From Deltaproteobacteria bacterium TL4 (lineage in GTDB: Bacteria > SAR324 > NAC60-12), in contig JBBCAX010000186.1 of assembly GCA_051382335.1 (NCBI GenBank), forward strand, positions 1-35,375: a stretch of 35,375 nt of DNA, given 5' to 3'. How positions within the stretch are numbered: position 1 is the stretch's first letter; every line of letters starts with the position of its first letter. Below are positions 16,831-26,772 of the stretch, one piece after another. A program made the position numbers and the translations under genes. The notes beneath the pieces are model-generated. The model was not told the origin of the DNA, made no database searches, and saw nothing but the letters and a program-made list of their open reading frames with translations.

Positions 16831-16971
16831 AAACCCGCTAAAATCCAGCGTTTATTTAGGAAAGATGTCTATTGCGCTAAATACTTCATAGCCTTCTTTA
16901 TTCAAATGGAGGCCTAACAGGTGTTCACCTTCCTATTTACCCCATGTAAGCGGGCACGCCTTGGAAGGAGA

Positions 16972-17835
16972 CTAGACAAAGGCAATGGTTTTGTTTTCAT
17001 GAATGATGATTCGATCCTCCAAATGCCATTTAACCGCACGGGCCAACACGTTTCGTTCCAAGTCTTTGCCCAGTTCTTTGAGATGATTCGTCGTATATTT
17101 ATGGGAAACCCGGATGATATCCTGTTCAATGATCGGACCCGTATCCAGTTGCTCTGTGACATAGTGCGCGGTGGCCCCGATGATCTTCACTCCGCGTTCA
17201 TAAGCTTGGCGATAGGGATCGGCTCCAATAAACGCTGGCAGAAAGGAATGATGGATGTTAATGATTTGACCAGGAAAATGTTGAACAAACTCTCCAGTCA
17301 GGATTTGCATGTAACGCGCTAACACAATCAAGTCCACTTTCCCTTTAAGCATTTCCAACGCTTGTGCTTCAGCTTGAGGCTTGGTTTCCCTGGTTACAGG
17401 AATTTCGTAAAAAGGAATTCCGAAAGACTCTGTTTTTTCTTTAAGATCCGAGTGATTGCTGATCACGAAGACAATGTCACAAGGTAGTTCCTGACGAGAC
17501 CAACGCCAGAGGAGTTCCAAAAAAACGTGATCATACTTGGACACAAAAAGGGCAACCTTTTTACGTTCCACCGCATAGGTCACCTCCCACTTCATCTTGT
17601 AGCGACGCGCAACCGCCTGCTCAAAGGATTGTTCCAGCACCGTTCGGGAGAGATCCAGGTTAGGGGTTTGGAATTCGAGCCTCATAAATAAGGTCCCCCC
17701 TTCAGGATCGGTAGAGTATTGATTCAAGTCCGTAATATTGGCACCATGATTAAAAAGAAAACTGGTCACAGACGCGACAATACCCGGGCAGTCCGGACAA
17801 CTTGTCAGTAATCGGGCAGTGGTTTCCAAACTCAT
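16972..17835 (-). CDS. purU: Formyltetrahydrofolate deformylase
   Basis: N-terminal ACT domain (SCPDCPGIVA), VSKYDH, ISNH, VLARYMQIL, INIHHSFLPAFIGA.PY.QAYERGVKIIGATAHYVT and GPIIEQD. Confidence 0.97.
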   Translation of the reverse strand: MSLETTARLLTSCPDCPGIVASVTSFLFNHGANITDLNQYSTDPEGGTLFMRLEFQTPNLDLSRTVLEQSFEQAVARRYKMKWEVTYAVERKKVALFVSKYDHVFLELLWRWSRQELPCDIVFVISNHSDLKEKTESFGIPFYEIPVTRETKPQAEAQALEMLKGKVDLIVLARYMQILTGEFVQHFPGQIINIHHSFLPAFIGADPYRQAYERGVKIIGATAHYVTEQLDTGPIIEQDIIRVSHKYTTNHLKELGKDLERNVLARAVKWHLEDRIIIHENKTIAFV

Positions 17836-17857
17836 AAAGAAAGCCTTGATTAAACGT

Positions 17858-17912
17858 TAACAAAAAAAATAGGAACCTGTCTAACAAAAAAAGTAGGAAC
17901 CTATCTAACAAA
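17858..17912 (+). repeat. 24-bp tandem repeat in the purU/antiporter divergent spacer
   Basis: TAGGAACCTGTCTAACAAA (17870-17888) and TAGGAACCTATCTAACAAA (17894-17912); a related TAGGAACCTTCTAACAAA lies at 25944-25961. Confidence 0.7.
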
Positions 17913-18130
17913 GGTGACGAGATATCGCAATCAAAATCTTGGATTAAGTACAAGAGAGAGAAGGCGGGTACGTCAACAGATAAATCAGCTAAACGTTAAG
18001 AATAAAGACTTGTCATCATCGATTTTTGCTGATAGTAGTGGCCGCATAAACTACAGCAATGACTTCGATCGGAGTTTTCAAAAGCGTATTAGTGCCCCCA
18101 GATGAAAAACAATGAATCAATGGTTGTAAA

Positions 18131-19924
18131 ATGACACGTTACTATAAAATTGGATTTATCTTCTTGCTCACCGTTATCTTGGCAACCCTGGTTTATGCGT
18201 CGGGAGGTTCCTCGGTAGAACATATGGTCTTTCCTCGCAGTTTGGATAGTTATCAGGATGCTGGCATGACGAGTCTCAGTGAAATTCTATCAAACCGTAT
18301 TCAAAAGGAACCGTTTAACCTGTTCGCCTCTCTTATTTTTTTATGTGCCATCATTCATACCTTCTTAACTAGCAAGTTTTTGCATATTGCCCATCAATGG
18401 AATCATGCTCATGAAGAAAAGAAAAAAGCGGGGAAAGTCAGTCCTGACTCGGTGCATTTTGGCGCAGAGATTTTTCATTTTTTTGGAGAAGTCGAGGTTG
18501 TCTTTGGTCTATGGGCCCTGGTTCTTGGAATAGCACTCGCCTTTTTTTACAATTGGCGCACTTTCATTTATTACATTGGTGATAAAGTCAATTATACGGA
18601 ACCCATGTTTGTTGTGATCATCATGACAATCGCTTCTACCCGTCCCATTTTGAAATTATCCGAATTGATCATGCTGAAAATAGCCAACATTTTTGGCGGC
18701 GGCTTGTCTGTGTGGTGGTTGACCATCCTGACCTTAGGTCCGTTACTGGGTTCCTTTATCACAGAACCTGCCGCAATGACCATCTCCGCATTAATGCTTG
18801 GGGAAAAATTTTATAAATTGGGCCCTAGTGAAAAGTTTAAGTACGCCACCATTGGACTCCTTTTTGTCAATGTTTCCGTGGGAGGAACCTTATCCCATTT
18901 TGCCGCGCCTCCGGTGCTCATGGTCGCAACGCCCTGGCATTGGGATTTTGGCTATATGCTTGGTAATTTTGGATGGAAGGCCGCTTTGGGGATTGTCATT
19001 GCGAATTCAATTTATTTTCTCATGTTCAAGAATGAAATGCTGGAACTGGGGAAAAAATATGTTCAGATCAGAAAAGTGAAAGAATTTGAAACTGATTATA
19101 TCAAAGAGAAGGATTTGGAACTGGAGTTTGAACGAATTGAATATGGAAAAGAGCTTGGGTTTATAGACGCGTTTGATCAAAAAGCCAGTCTGATAAAAAC
19201 CAAAGCTAAAAAACAGTTAATGGGCTTGATCAAAAATAAAGGGGTTGAACCTTCGATGGTGGAAGAAGCTTTTGATGGAAAGTTTGAGAATGTTAAATTA
19301 AAGGTCATGCAAAAAATGTTGCCTCAGTTACTTCCAGAAGAAGATCGTATGCCCTACCATGACCCTTACTGGGATAGTCGAGAAGAAAAGGTTCCCAATT
19401 GGATTATGGCGGTTCATGTGCTGTTTTTGGCGTGGACTGTGATCAACGCACATCATCCTGCCTTATTCATCGCAGGTTTTCTCTTTCTGTTAGGATTTGC
19501 TCAAACAACATTGCCTTTTCAGAATCGCACCAACCTGAAACCTGCATTACTTGTCGGCTTCTTTCTGGCAGGCCTTGTGATTCATGGGGGAATGCAAGCG
19601 TGGTGGATTGCTCCCGTTTTAGGCAGTTTAACCGAAGTCCCGTTGATGTTGGGTGCAACCTTTTTGACCGCTTTCAACGACAATGCCGCAATCACGTTCC
19701 TCAGTACTTTAGTCCCAGGATTTACTCCAGAACTTAAATACGCGGTGGTCGCAGGTGCTGTTACCGGAGGGGGATTCACCGTGATCGCGAATGCGCCCAA
19801 TCCAGCAGGGCAGGCGATTCTTTCAAGGTATTTTGAGGATGGGGTTTCTCCAATCCAACTTGCTAAGTATGCCGTCATTCCGACGATCATAATGGGACTG
19901 TCCTTCATGCTTTTACGGTTTTAG
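18131..19924 (+). CDS. Putative Na+/H+ antiporter (DUF1504-like)
   Basis: Polytopic membrane protein with AIIHTF, FFGEVEVVFGLW, GSFITEPAAMT, NVSVGGTL..FAAPPVLMVA, AFNDNAA and GGG.TVIANAPNPAG. Confidence 0.85.
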   Translation: MTRYYKIGFIFLLTVILATLVYASGGSSVEHMVFPRSLDSYQDAGMTSLSEILSNRIQKEPFNLFASLIFLCAIIHTFLTSKFLHIAHQWNHAHEEKKKAGKVSPDSVHFGAEIFHFFGEVEVVFGLWALVLGIALAFFYNWRTFIYYIGDKVNYTEPMFVVIIMTIASTRPILKLSELIMLKIANIFGGGLSVWWLTILTLGPLLGSFITEPAAMTISALMLGEKFYKLGPSEKFKYATIGLLFVNVSVGGTLSHFAAPPVLMVATPWHWDFGYMLGNFGWKAALGIVIANSIYFLMFKNEMLELGKKYVQIRKVKEFETDYIKEKDLELEFERIEYGKELGFIDAFDQKASLIKTKAKKQLMGLIKNKGVEPSMVEEAFDGKFENVKLKVMQKMLPQLLPEEDRMPYHDPYWDSREEKVPNWIMAVHVLFLAWTVINAHHPALFIAGFLFLLGFAQTTLPFQNRTNLKPALLVGFFLAGLVIHGGMQAWWIAPVLGSLTEVPLMLGATFLTAFNDNAAITFLSTLVPGFTPELKYAVVAGAVTGGGFTVIANAPNPAGQAILSRYFEDGVSPIQLAKYAVIPTIIMGLSFMLLRF

Positions 19925-19966
19925 GCTATAACGCTCAGAGCATAACTCCTAGCCATCAAACTCAAT

Positions 19967-19996
19967 GGGGTGAAATGCGTTTTTGGATTTCACCCC
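19967..19996 (+). terminator. Hairpin downstream of the antiporter, possible terminator
   Basis: GGGGTGAAAT-N10-ATTTCACCCC forms a perfect 10-bp stem about 40 nt after the stop codon; the U-tract is weak. Confidence 0.35.
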
Positions 19997-20311
19997 TGTC
20001 TTGCTCTTCCGAATGAGAGGTTAAGGCTTGCTCTGAAACAAAGTTCCCCTCCATAAAAAGTCAGTCTTTGTAGCTGCCCACACTCCCTGTTTTTTTGTTC
20101 CTTACTCTCGACAATTTCGTTTTTTGCCGCGAAAAATGAAAGCACAAAATCTTACCTTAAGAGCGTGTCAGCGGATGCTTGAGCCCTCTTATCATAAATT
20201 TTAGAGTGTTGCGCTTTACTCCGTTACTTTTTTATTGTAAGGAAGAAATGTTTTGGTTTTTTGACAAAGCCAACGCGGAAAGATTCACACAGGGAAAATA
20301 GGGTTGATCAC

Positions 20312-22786
20312 ATGGACAAAGAAACGACAAAGGGAAAAATTCTGGTTGTTGATGATAATGAGAATAATTTAAAGCTGTTGGAATTAATGCTGACTGAGAA
20401 GGGCTATGAAGTCTGGCCTAGTGATAATTCCAAAGAAGCCCTGAAAAAGATCAACGAGACGCTTCCCGACCTGATTCTCCTGGATGTGATGATGCCTGAA
20501 GTCAGTGGCTATGAGCTATGTCAGCAACTAAAAGCAAAAGCACATACCCGTGACATCCCCATCCTGTTTATCAGCGCGCGAGATGATGCTCAAAATAAAG
20601 TCCAAGCCTTTCAAGTGGGCGGTGTTGATTATATTACAAAACCTTTTCAATACAAGGAAGTGTTAGCTCGCGTCGAAACACACTTGTCTTTGCGAGCGAT
20701 GCAACAGCAGCTTGAAATTCAAAATGTAAGACTGCAAAATGAAATAGCAGAACGTAAACGGGCGGAGCATGCACTTCAAATAGCTCATAACGAACTTGAA
20801 AAACGGATCGAGGAACGTACTCAAGAACTGGCACAAACGAATATAGAGTTACAGCACGAAATTCTTGCGCACCAACAAACAGAAGAAAAACTAAAAGATA
20901 GTGAAGTAAAATTCAGGAGTATCAGTACTGCGGCTCAGGATGCCATTGTGATGATAGACGAACAGAGTAGTGTCCTTTTCTGGAATGGTGCCGCGGAGCG
21001 AATATTTGGGTACACTCAAGAAGAAATCATTGGGAAGGAATTTGCTCAATACTTGCCTTTATCTTCCTATGCTGCCGAAATCAATCAAGGAGAACTCAAG
21101 GCTTTTAGCATTGTCAATCAAGAGACGGTTTCAGGAAAAACAATTGAGCTGACCGGCATTGGAAAAAATGGAATCAAAATTCCTGTAGAGTTGTCGTTAT
21201 CCACCGTAAAAATCAAAGACAAATGGAACACGATTGGAATACTCAGAGATATAACCGAAAGGAAGAAAACCGAAGAAGAACGAAATCGTCTGGCGACCGC
21301 GGTCGAACAAGCAGCCGAACACATTGCGATTACGAATGTTGAGGGGATTATTGAATACATCAATCCCGCGTTTGAACAGGTGACGGGGTATTCTTACGGA
21401 GAGGTGATCGGGAAATCGGCAAGTATTCTCAAAAGTGGCAAACATGATGAGGCTTTTTACAAAAAGATGTGGGAGACGATCAATCAAGGGGAGGTCTGGA
21501 ACGGTCATGTCATCAACCGGAAAAAAGATGGAACCCTCTTTGAGGAGGAAATGACGATTTCTCCGATTCGTAATGAAAAAGGGAAAATTATTAACTTTGT
21601 TGCGGTAAAATATGATGTAACCCATGAAGTTCAACTCGAAGAACAGTTACGCCAGTCCCAAAAGTTAGAAGCTCTGGGCACTTTAGCCGCAGGAATTGCC
21701 CATGACTTCAACAATATGCTCTTTGCTATCAAAGGCTACGTCAGTATTGTCAAAAATAACTTGCCTCACAATACAGAAAACTATTCAGACTTGTGTGAAA
21801 TCGAAACCGCGGCAAATCGGGCCGCCGATTTAGTGCGGCAAATTCTGACCTTCAGTAGACAGGATGATCAAAAAAACAAACCTGTTGTCATAGTGCCTGT
21901 GATTAAAGAAGCCCTCAAAATGATGAGAGCCACAGTACCGAGCACCATTGAAATTCGTGCTCAAATTAACGAAAATTGTGGCCCCATTATGGGGTCTCTC
22001 ACACAAATTCACCAGGTCATTATCAATTTGTGCACGAATGCGACACATGCCATGAAAAAATCTGGAGGCATTTTATCAGTGCAACTCAAGCAAGTAACGC
22101 CTTCTGCTCAGGAACGATTCACTTATGAGCTAAAGGAAGGTCCTTATCTGATGCTGGTTGTCGAGGATACAGGTGTCGGGATTCCCCCTGAAATCAGAGA
22201 CCGTATTTTTGATCCATTTTTTACCACCAAACGGGTTGGCGAGGGAACAGGGATGGGCTTAGCGGTGACTCACGGAATTGTTAAACAACATAAAGGGGTT
22301 GTTACCGTTGACAGTACTGTGGGGAAAGGGACAGCCTTTAAAATCTATTTTCCTGTAATAGACAAACAACCCTATATAACCGAACGGCCCTCCATTTCAA
22401 GTGATATTACAGGCAATGAACGTATCCTGGTTGTTGATGATGAGGTGATTCTCGCAAAGTTAGTCCGTAAGATGCTGGAACAACAAGGGTATCAGGTCAC
22501 AGCGATGATGGAACCCCATAAAGCCTTAAAGCTGTTTCGCTCAGATCCCAGTAAGTTTGATTTGATCATCACAGACCAAACGATGCCTTTAATGACTGGA
22601 GAACAGTTCGCCAAGGAGATCATTTCTATTCGAAGTGATATCCCTATCGTCTTGATCACAGGATTAAGTGATGCGAAAATGAAAAAGAACACCAGAAGCC
22701 CAGGGGTGCAGCGCATCATGAGGAAACCGCTGGATGCCGATAATTTGGGCGTCATGATCAAAGAATTACTCCACGGAGGAGTGTGA
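20312..22786 (+). CDS. Hybrid sensor histidine kinase (REC-PAS-PAS-HisKA-HATPase-REC)
   Basis: ILVVDD...LLDVMMP; two PAS/PAC domains (RDITERK); H-box [28 protein letters not shown] and GTGMGL; second receiver domain ITDQTMP. The ATG at 20312 is preferred over the TTG at 20261. Confidence 0.95.
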   Translation: MDKETTKGKILVVDDNENNLKLLELMLTEKGYEVWPSDNSKEALKKINETLPDLILLDVMMPEVSGYELCQQLKAKAHTRDIPILFISARDDAQNKVQAFQVGGVDYITKPFQYKEVLARVETHLSLRAMQQQLEIQNVRLQNEIAERKRAEHALQIAHNELEKRIEERTQELAQTNIELQHEILAHQQTEEKLKDSEVKFRSISTAAQDAIVMIDEQSSVLFWNGAAERIFGYTQEEIIGKEFAQYLPLSSYAAEINQGELKAFSIVNQETVSGKTIELTGIGKNGIKIPVELSLSTVKIKDKWNTIGILRDITERKKTEEERNRLATAVEQAAEHIAITNVEGIIEYINPAFEQVTGYSYGEVIGKSASILKSGKHDEAFYKKMWETINQGEVWNGHVINRKKDGTLFEEEMTISPIRNEKGKIINFVAVKYDVTHEVQLEEQLRQSQKLEALGTLAAGIAHDFNNMLFAIKGYVSIVKNNLPHNTENYSDLCEIETAANRAADLVRQILTFSRQDDQKNKPVVIVPVIKEALKMMRATVPSTIEIRAQINENCGPIMGSLTQIHQVIINLCTNATHAMKKSGGILSVQLKQVTPSAQERFTYELKEGPYLMLVVEDTGVGIPPEIRDRIFDPFFTTKRVGEGTGMGLAVTHGIVKQHKGVVTVDSTVGKGTAFKIYFPVIDKQPYITERPSISSDITGNERILVVDDEVILAKLVRKMLEQQGYQVTAMMEPHKALKLFRSDPSKFDLIITDQTMPLMTGEQFAKEIISIRSDIPIVLITGLSDAKMKKNTRSPGVQRIMRKPLDADNLGVMIKELLHGGV

Positions 22787-22802
22787 CTAACATACAGATA
22801 TT

Positions 22803-25800
22803 TTAGGGAATTTCCAGGACAATCGCCGGATGATCTGCCTTGTATTTCTGTAAGATCTTACGATATTTATCGCAGCGTTGTTGTTTTTCCTGGATTTGCT
22901 TTTTAAGATCTTCAAGGTTGAGGGGGTCCGTGGTTTTGATTTCTTCCATGGTCTGAATAATCGAGCGTTCCATAATCATAATTTGGCGTTGATATTCACG
23001 AATATGACTAGGCAGTTCTTTTTGCTTCCGTTTCCATTCCCGCAGTTTGTTAGCAATGTCTTGCAGCACATTATGATATTGGGTGACCGCCTCTTTGGCT
23101 TTTCTGCTATATTCTTCCAGAAGTTCAACATTTTCAGGGTTGTTTTTCAACCTTTGTTGCAGAGAGGCTCCTCCTCGTACATTGCCATCCCATTTTTGCT
23201 GAAGTTCCGCGATTTCCTTGGCATTACGAGAGATCACTTTGTTTTTATCAAGCGTTTGCCAAATGGCTTCCAAATTTTTCAAGGCAAAGCTGATCGGCAT
23301 CTGTTTCAGCAGAATCGCTTCACATTGCTGTTTCATTTCTTCAACACGTTCCTTTGAAACACCCAAAGAATTCGTTCCGTCTTCACTGCGATTGATTTCA
23401 GCATCCAGAATAAAGACTTTTCTCAAAGCCGCAAAAAATGAAATTTGAAAGTGCACCATAATGTTGACACAGTATCCCAGACCTACTAAATCGCCGATGT
23501 TGGTTTCATTAACACAACCCAGACGAAAGGAGCTAAGAAGACATCTTCGAAATAAGCTATTATCATTATTGTGGAAAACATTCATGTCACAGGCTTCTTC
23601 AGAACCATTGATTTCATCTAACATTTCCAGAAGTCCAAAAGACTTCTGTTCCTTCTCATCCTGCGCTATTTCTTCAAACTCTTCCGCTGGATTTTCTGTT
23701 ATCTTTTGATCTTGAGAGCTTTCTCCTTCGTCTAGTTCCTCAAAAGAAAGACCATTTTCAGCAACTTCCTCCTCCTCTTCCTCACTTTCCTCACCGTTCA
23801 AAATCACATTATACAACTCAAAATCGATAGTCCCTTTCAGGGCTTTGGTGAGGTCCAGCATAGCCTCGCCATATTGTTTATTAAAGCTTTCATATTTCAG
23901 TTTCAACTGCATCGCATGACCAAAGCGCTGTACCAGTAGGTCCACATGTTCCGGCTTTCTCTGATACAAGGCGCCTTCAAGAAAGTCCTGGATGATTTGT
24001 TTGTGATTGGATTGCTCTAACAGATCTTCCATCCCCTTGACAATGGGCGTATATAGATTTTTGCGGGAGGCATCCGTTTCCAAAAGCCCTTGATAATATT
24101 CCAACAAGGAATGTATGCCTTTTGTAAACATTTTGCTTTGTTTTTCAAATTTATGCTGTTCCATTGCCTTGAAGAAGGCGGTGATACTTTCGATTTCCTG
24201 ATCCGAAGTTTGTTCCGTGTCCAGCAGACGGACTTTTTGATCATCTGAAATATATCCTTTTTTATATGCCAGGTGAATCGCCTGCAGGTGTTCAATATAT
24301 TTTATCGTGTTTTCAACGGTCATGGAGATAATGTACTCAATATTTTCTGGACCTTCTATCAGTTTTGCTTGAATGGCATCGTTTAGAATGACATATTTTT
24401 TAAGCACATTGGTATAGTCCTTAGTCCATAGTTCAATGGCTTTAAATATGGTTTTTCCCTTAGTTGAAGCGGCTGGTAGCAAGATGTGATTGATTTCATC
24501 TACGTTTGATTGAACGCCTGCTTTCTTGGTAAATGTTTCAATGGCTTCAATCACATGTTCGACTTCCTCCTGGTACAAATCAACAGCATGACTCAGGTCT
24601 ATCTGAAGTACGATTAATAGCTCCCGTAATTCCGCGATATGCTCATAAGTCAGCATTTTTGAGTTAATCAACTGAGCAGCCGCCAGCTCAAAATATAACC
24701 CCTGGAGTAAAAAAAGCTCACTATCCTGACGTTTTTCCTTATAAAACCTGATGATTTCCGGCAAGCTCAGAACATTGGCATACTCTACAGAAAGGACCAC
24801 TTCAGGCAAGGTCTCCGAAGACGCCCCTTCCTGCTGATCCTTCTGGACTTCATTGACAGCCCCCTGTTTCTTTGCTTCGGGCGCATCCGTCCGACAATAT
24901 TTTTTCAACTCTTTGACAACTTCGTCAAACAACTCCTTGGAATTTATGGGCTTAAATTGTTTATTGGTAATACGTTCTGCGGATTCCTTGAAGATTGCGA
25001 GTTGTTCTTTGAGTTTCTCATTAGGGACTGGAATTTTGCCTTTAACAGGATGTTCTTTGATTACGAATTTTCGTGGAGGAGTGCCCGGCCCCCAAGACTT
25101 CAGATTTTGAATAGAACGGTCCAAGGTGATCTTGGGGTGAAAGGTTCCTGAAAAAGCGCTTTTTTTAATTTTATCTAATATTTGCAGTGTCAGGTGAATC
25201 GATTCCGCTGTTGAAATACGCCCTCTCACTTCAAGGGAAGTCGGGGCACTCAAAGCATGAAAACAATCGTTCATCGAAATGGTGTTTTTACGAACTCGAC
25301 TGAGCATGTCCAGTTCGAGCTGCATGCGTTGGCGCACCGCCATGAGGTTTTGTTGAATCTGCCGTAATAATTTAAACGCGGTCAAGCCCTTTGCGGGGCC
25401 TTTGAGGATAGAACGCTGGAAGAGCCGAATAATCTGCTCCCGATTGTGTTCGCTTGTATCCTGAACATCTACGGTTAACAAAAGAGGAATCAATTGTTTG
25501 GTCAGCTTTTTGAGAGACTCTCCCAGATATTCCAGGACACTTTGTCCCGTCAAGATCGACAATTTTTCCGCTAAGGAATTATCATTTTCGAATTGTGATA
25601 AGGAAAGAGGCAGAAAGGTCATTTCTTTATCCTCCTCCAATATTCTGCGTAAACGTCCAATCGCCGCAGGTTGCAAGGCATAACCAAGGTTCGAACTTCC
25701 CATCATTGCCTTTTCCTTATTCAGTAAAAATCCCATCCTGAAGGAGGTCTCGTAAGCTTTAACCAGATGTAAAGCGATCGGATGTAGATTTCTTACAACT

Positions 25801-25835
25801 TTTAGCGCACGTTTCTTGGTTGGAGTTTCAGCCAT
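22803..25835 (-). CDS. Large hypothetical helical/coiled-coil protein with an acidic tract
   Basis: 1010-aa ORF with an ATG start, rich in E/K/Q/L, containing an EESEEEEEE tract. No recognisable motif. Confidence 0.8.
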   Translation of the reverse strand: MAETPTKKRALKVVRNLHPIALHLVKAYETSFRMGFLLNKEKAMMGSSNLGYALQPAAIGRLRRILEEDKEMTFLPLSLSQFENDNSLAEKLSILTGQSVLEYLGESLKKLTKQLIPLLLTVDVQDTSEHNREQIIRLFQRSILKGPAKGLTAFKLLRQIQQNLMAVRQRMQLELDMLSRVRKNTISMNDCFHALSAPTSLEVRGRISTAESIHLTLQILDKIKKSAFSGTFHPKITLDRSIQNLKSWGPGTPPRKFVIKEHPVKGKIPVPNEKLKEQLAIFKESAERITNKQFKPINSKELFDEVVKELKKYCRTDAPEAKKQGAVNEVQKDQQEGASSETLPEVVLSVEYANVLSLPEIIRFYKEKRQDSELFLLQGLYFELAAAQLINSKMLTYEHIAELRELLIVLQIDLSHAVDLYQEEVEHVIEAIETFTKKAGVQSNVDEINHILLPAASTKGKTIFKAIELWTKDYTNVLKKYVILNDAIQAKLIEGPENIEYIISMTVENTIKYIEHLQAIHLAYKKGYISDDQKVRLLDTEQTSDQEIESITAFFKAMEQHKFEKQSKMFTKGIHSLLEYYQGLLETDASRKNLYTPIVKGMEDLLEQSNHKQIIQDFLEGALYQRKPEHVDLLVQRFGHAMQLKLKYESFNKQYGEAMLDLTKALKGTIDFELYNVILNGEESEEEEEEVAENGLSFEELDEGESSQDQKITENPAEEFEEIAQDEKEQKSFGLLEMLDEINGSEEACDMNVFHNNDNSLFRRCLLSSFRLGCVNETNIGDLVGLGYCVNIMVHFQISFFAALRKVFILDAEINRSEDGTNSLGVSKERVEEMKQQCEAILLKQMPISFALKNLEAIWQTLDKNKVISRNAKEIAELQQKWDGNVRGGASLQQRLKNNPENVELLEEYSRKAKEAVTQYHNVLQDIANKLREWKRKQKELPSHIREYQRQIMIMERSIIQTMEEIKTTDPLNLEDLKKQIQEKQQRCDKYRKILQKYKADHPAIVLEIP

Positions 25836-26098
25836 GATTCTTTTTTATCAATAAATATCTCGGTTTTCCAAAGGCCATCAAGAGCTTGTAATGGTCAAAG
25901 ATATACGATTTGGGGGATGAAACAAGCACATAATCAATATTTATAGGAACCTTCTAACAAATCTATTTAACTTAATCCAGTGGGAACTTTTTTAATGTAA
26001 AAGAAAGGCAAGTTTGATTTTATTTAGATTGACAAACATACGGTGTTTGACTAATTCAAAAAGAGATTTATCTGAAAAAATACGAATAGCATTTAGCG

Positions 26099-26281
26099 CA
26101 ATACCCGTGAATGAAATTTTGAAAATAATAATAAGTATTTTAATTACAGCCACTTATAAAATTATAGCGAGTTTTTCTGAAGTCCTTGTGAAAAGTTCGT
26201 AGTTCCGCCTTTAGGCGGCTTTTCTGCAAGGCTTACCGCCTAAAGGCGGAACTACGAACATGATTTCATTCACGGGTATTG
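26099..26281. mobile_element. 183-bp MITE with 19-bp perfect TIRs and a 10-bp target-site duplication, carrying a REP doublet
   Basis: TIR CAATACCCGTGAATGAAAT at 26099-26117 and its exact reverse complement at 26263-26281. The direct repeat GCATTTAGCG flanks it immediately at 26089-26098 and 26282-26291. Confidence 0.88.
26195..26259. repeat. REP doublet (REPIN-like), family B
   Basis: GTTCGTAGTTCCGCCTTTAGGCGG (26195-26218) and its perfect inverted copy (26236-26259) with a 17-nt spacer. Each arm is GTAG plus an internal CCGCCT/AGGCGG palindrome. Confidence 0.85.
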
Positions 26282-26320
26282 GCATTTAGCGTGTAAACGA
26301 ATTCATCCTTTTGAGGATTC

Positions 26321-26746
26321 ATGGACTATGTTCGCTTTTTTAGAGACTTGTTGAAGTTGAGTAAAGATGATCGGTACAGCATCTCAACATTGTTTTTTAA
26401 GCTGATCTATGCCGATAGTTTTGTCCATCAAAAAGAAATACCCTATGTGAGTGATATTTTCGATCTGCTGGAAAATGATCCGATGCTCATAGCCTCAGCA
26501 AAGGATGAAGCAATCAAGATGTCAGTAGATACCTTACCCGCGATTCTGCTAGGGCCTCGTTTAACCAAGCAGTTGCTGAGGTGTTTATTAGAGATCACCA
26601 TGTGTGATGGGGACTTTGATTATCGGGAATTTATGACGATCCGAGCCTTCGTGAATAAGATGGGCTACGAACCTGTGGAATTTGAAAAACTGGTCCTGGA
26701 TGTTGCTCAAAAATACAAGGTGAAACTCAGTGCCTCCTTATTTTGA
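26321..26746 (+). CDS. TerB-like protein
   Basis: Duplicated acidic motifs ADSFVHQKE and CDGDFDYRE in a 141-aa helical protein; GAGGA RBS. Confidence 0.7.
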   Translation: MDYVRFFRDLLKLSKDDRYSISTLFFKLIYADSFVHQKEIPYVSDIFDLLENDPMLIASAKDEAIKMSVDTLPAILLGPRLTKQLLRCLLEITMCDGDFDYREFMTIRAFVNKMGYEPVEFEKLVLDVAQKYKVKLSASLF

Positions 26747-26772
26747 TTCAGCCCCCCGGATTCCTGCCGTTT

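Noticed and set aside
16912..16970. GCCTAAC...GTTCACC as the start of an attC
   Set aside because: No complementary GTTRRRY end or extended hairpin follows, and the adjacent gene is housekeeping purU.
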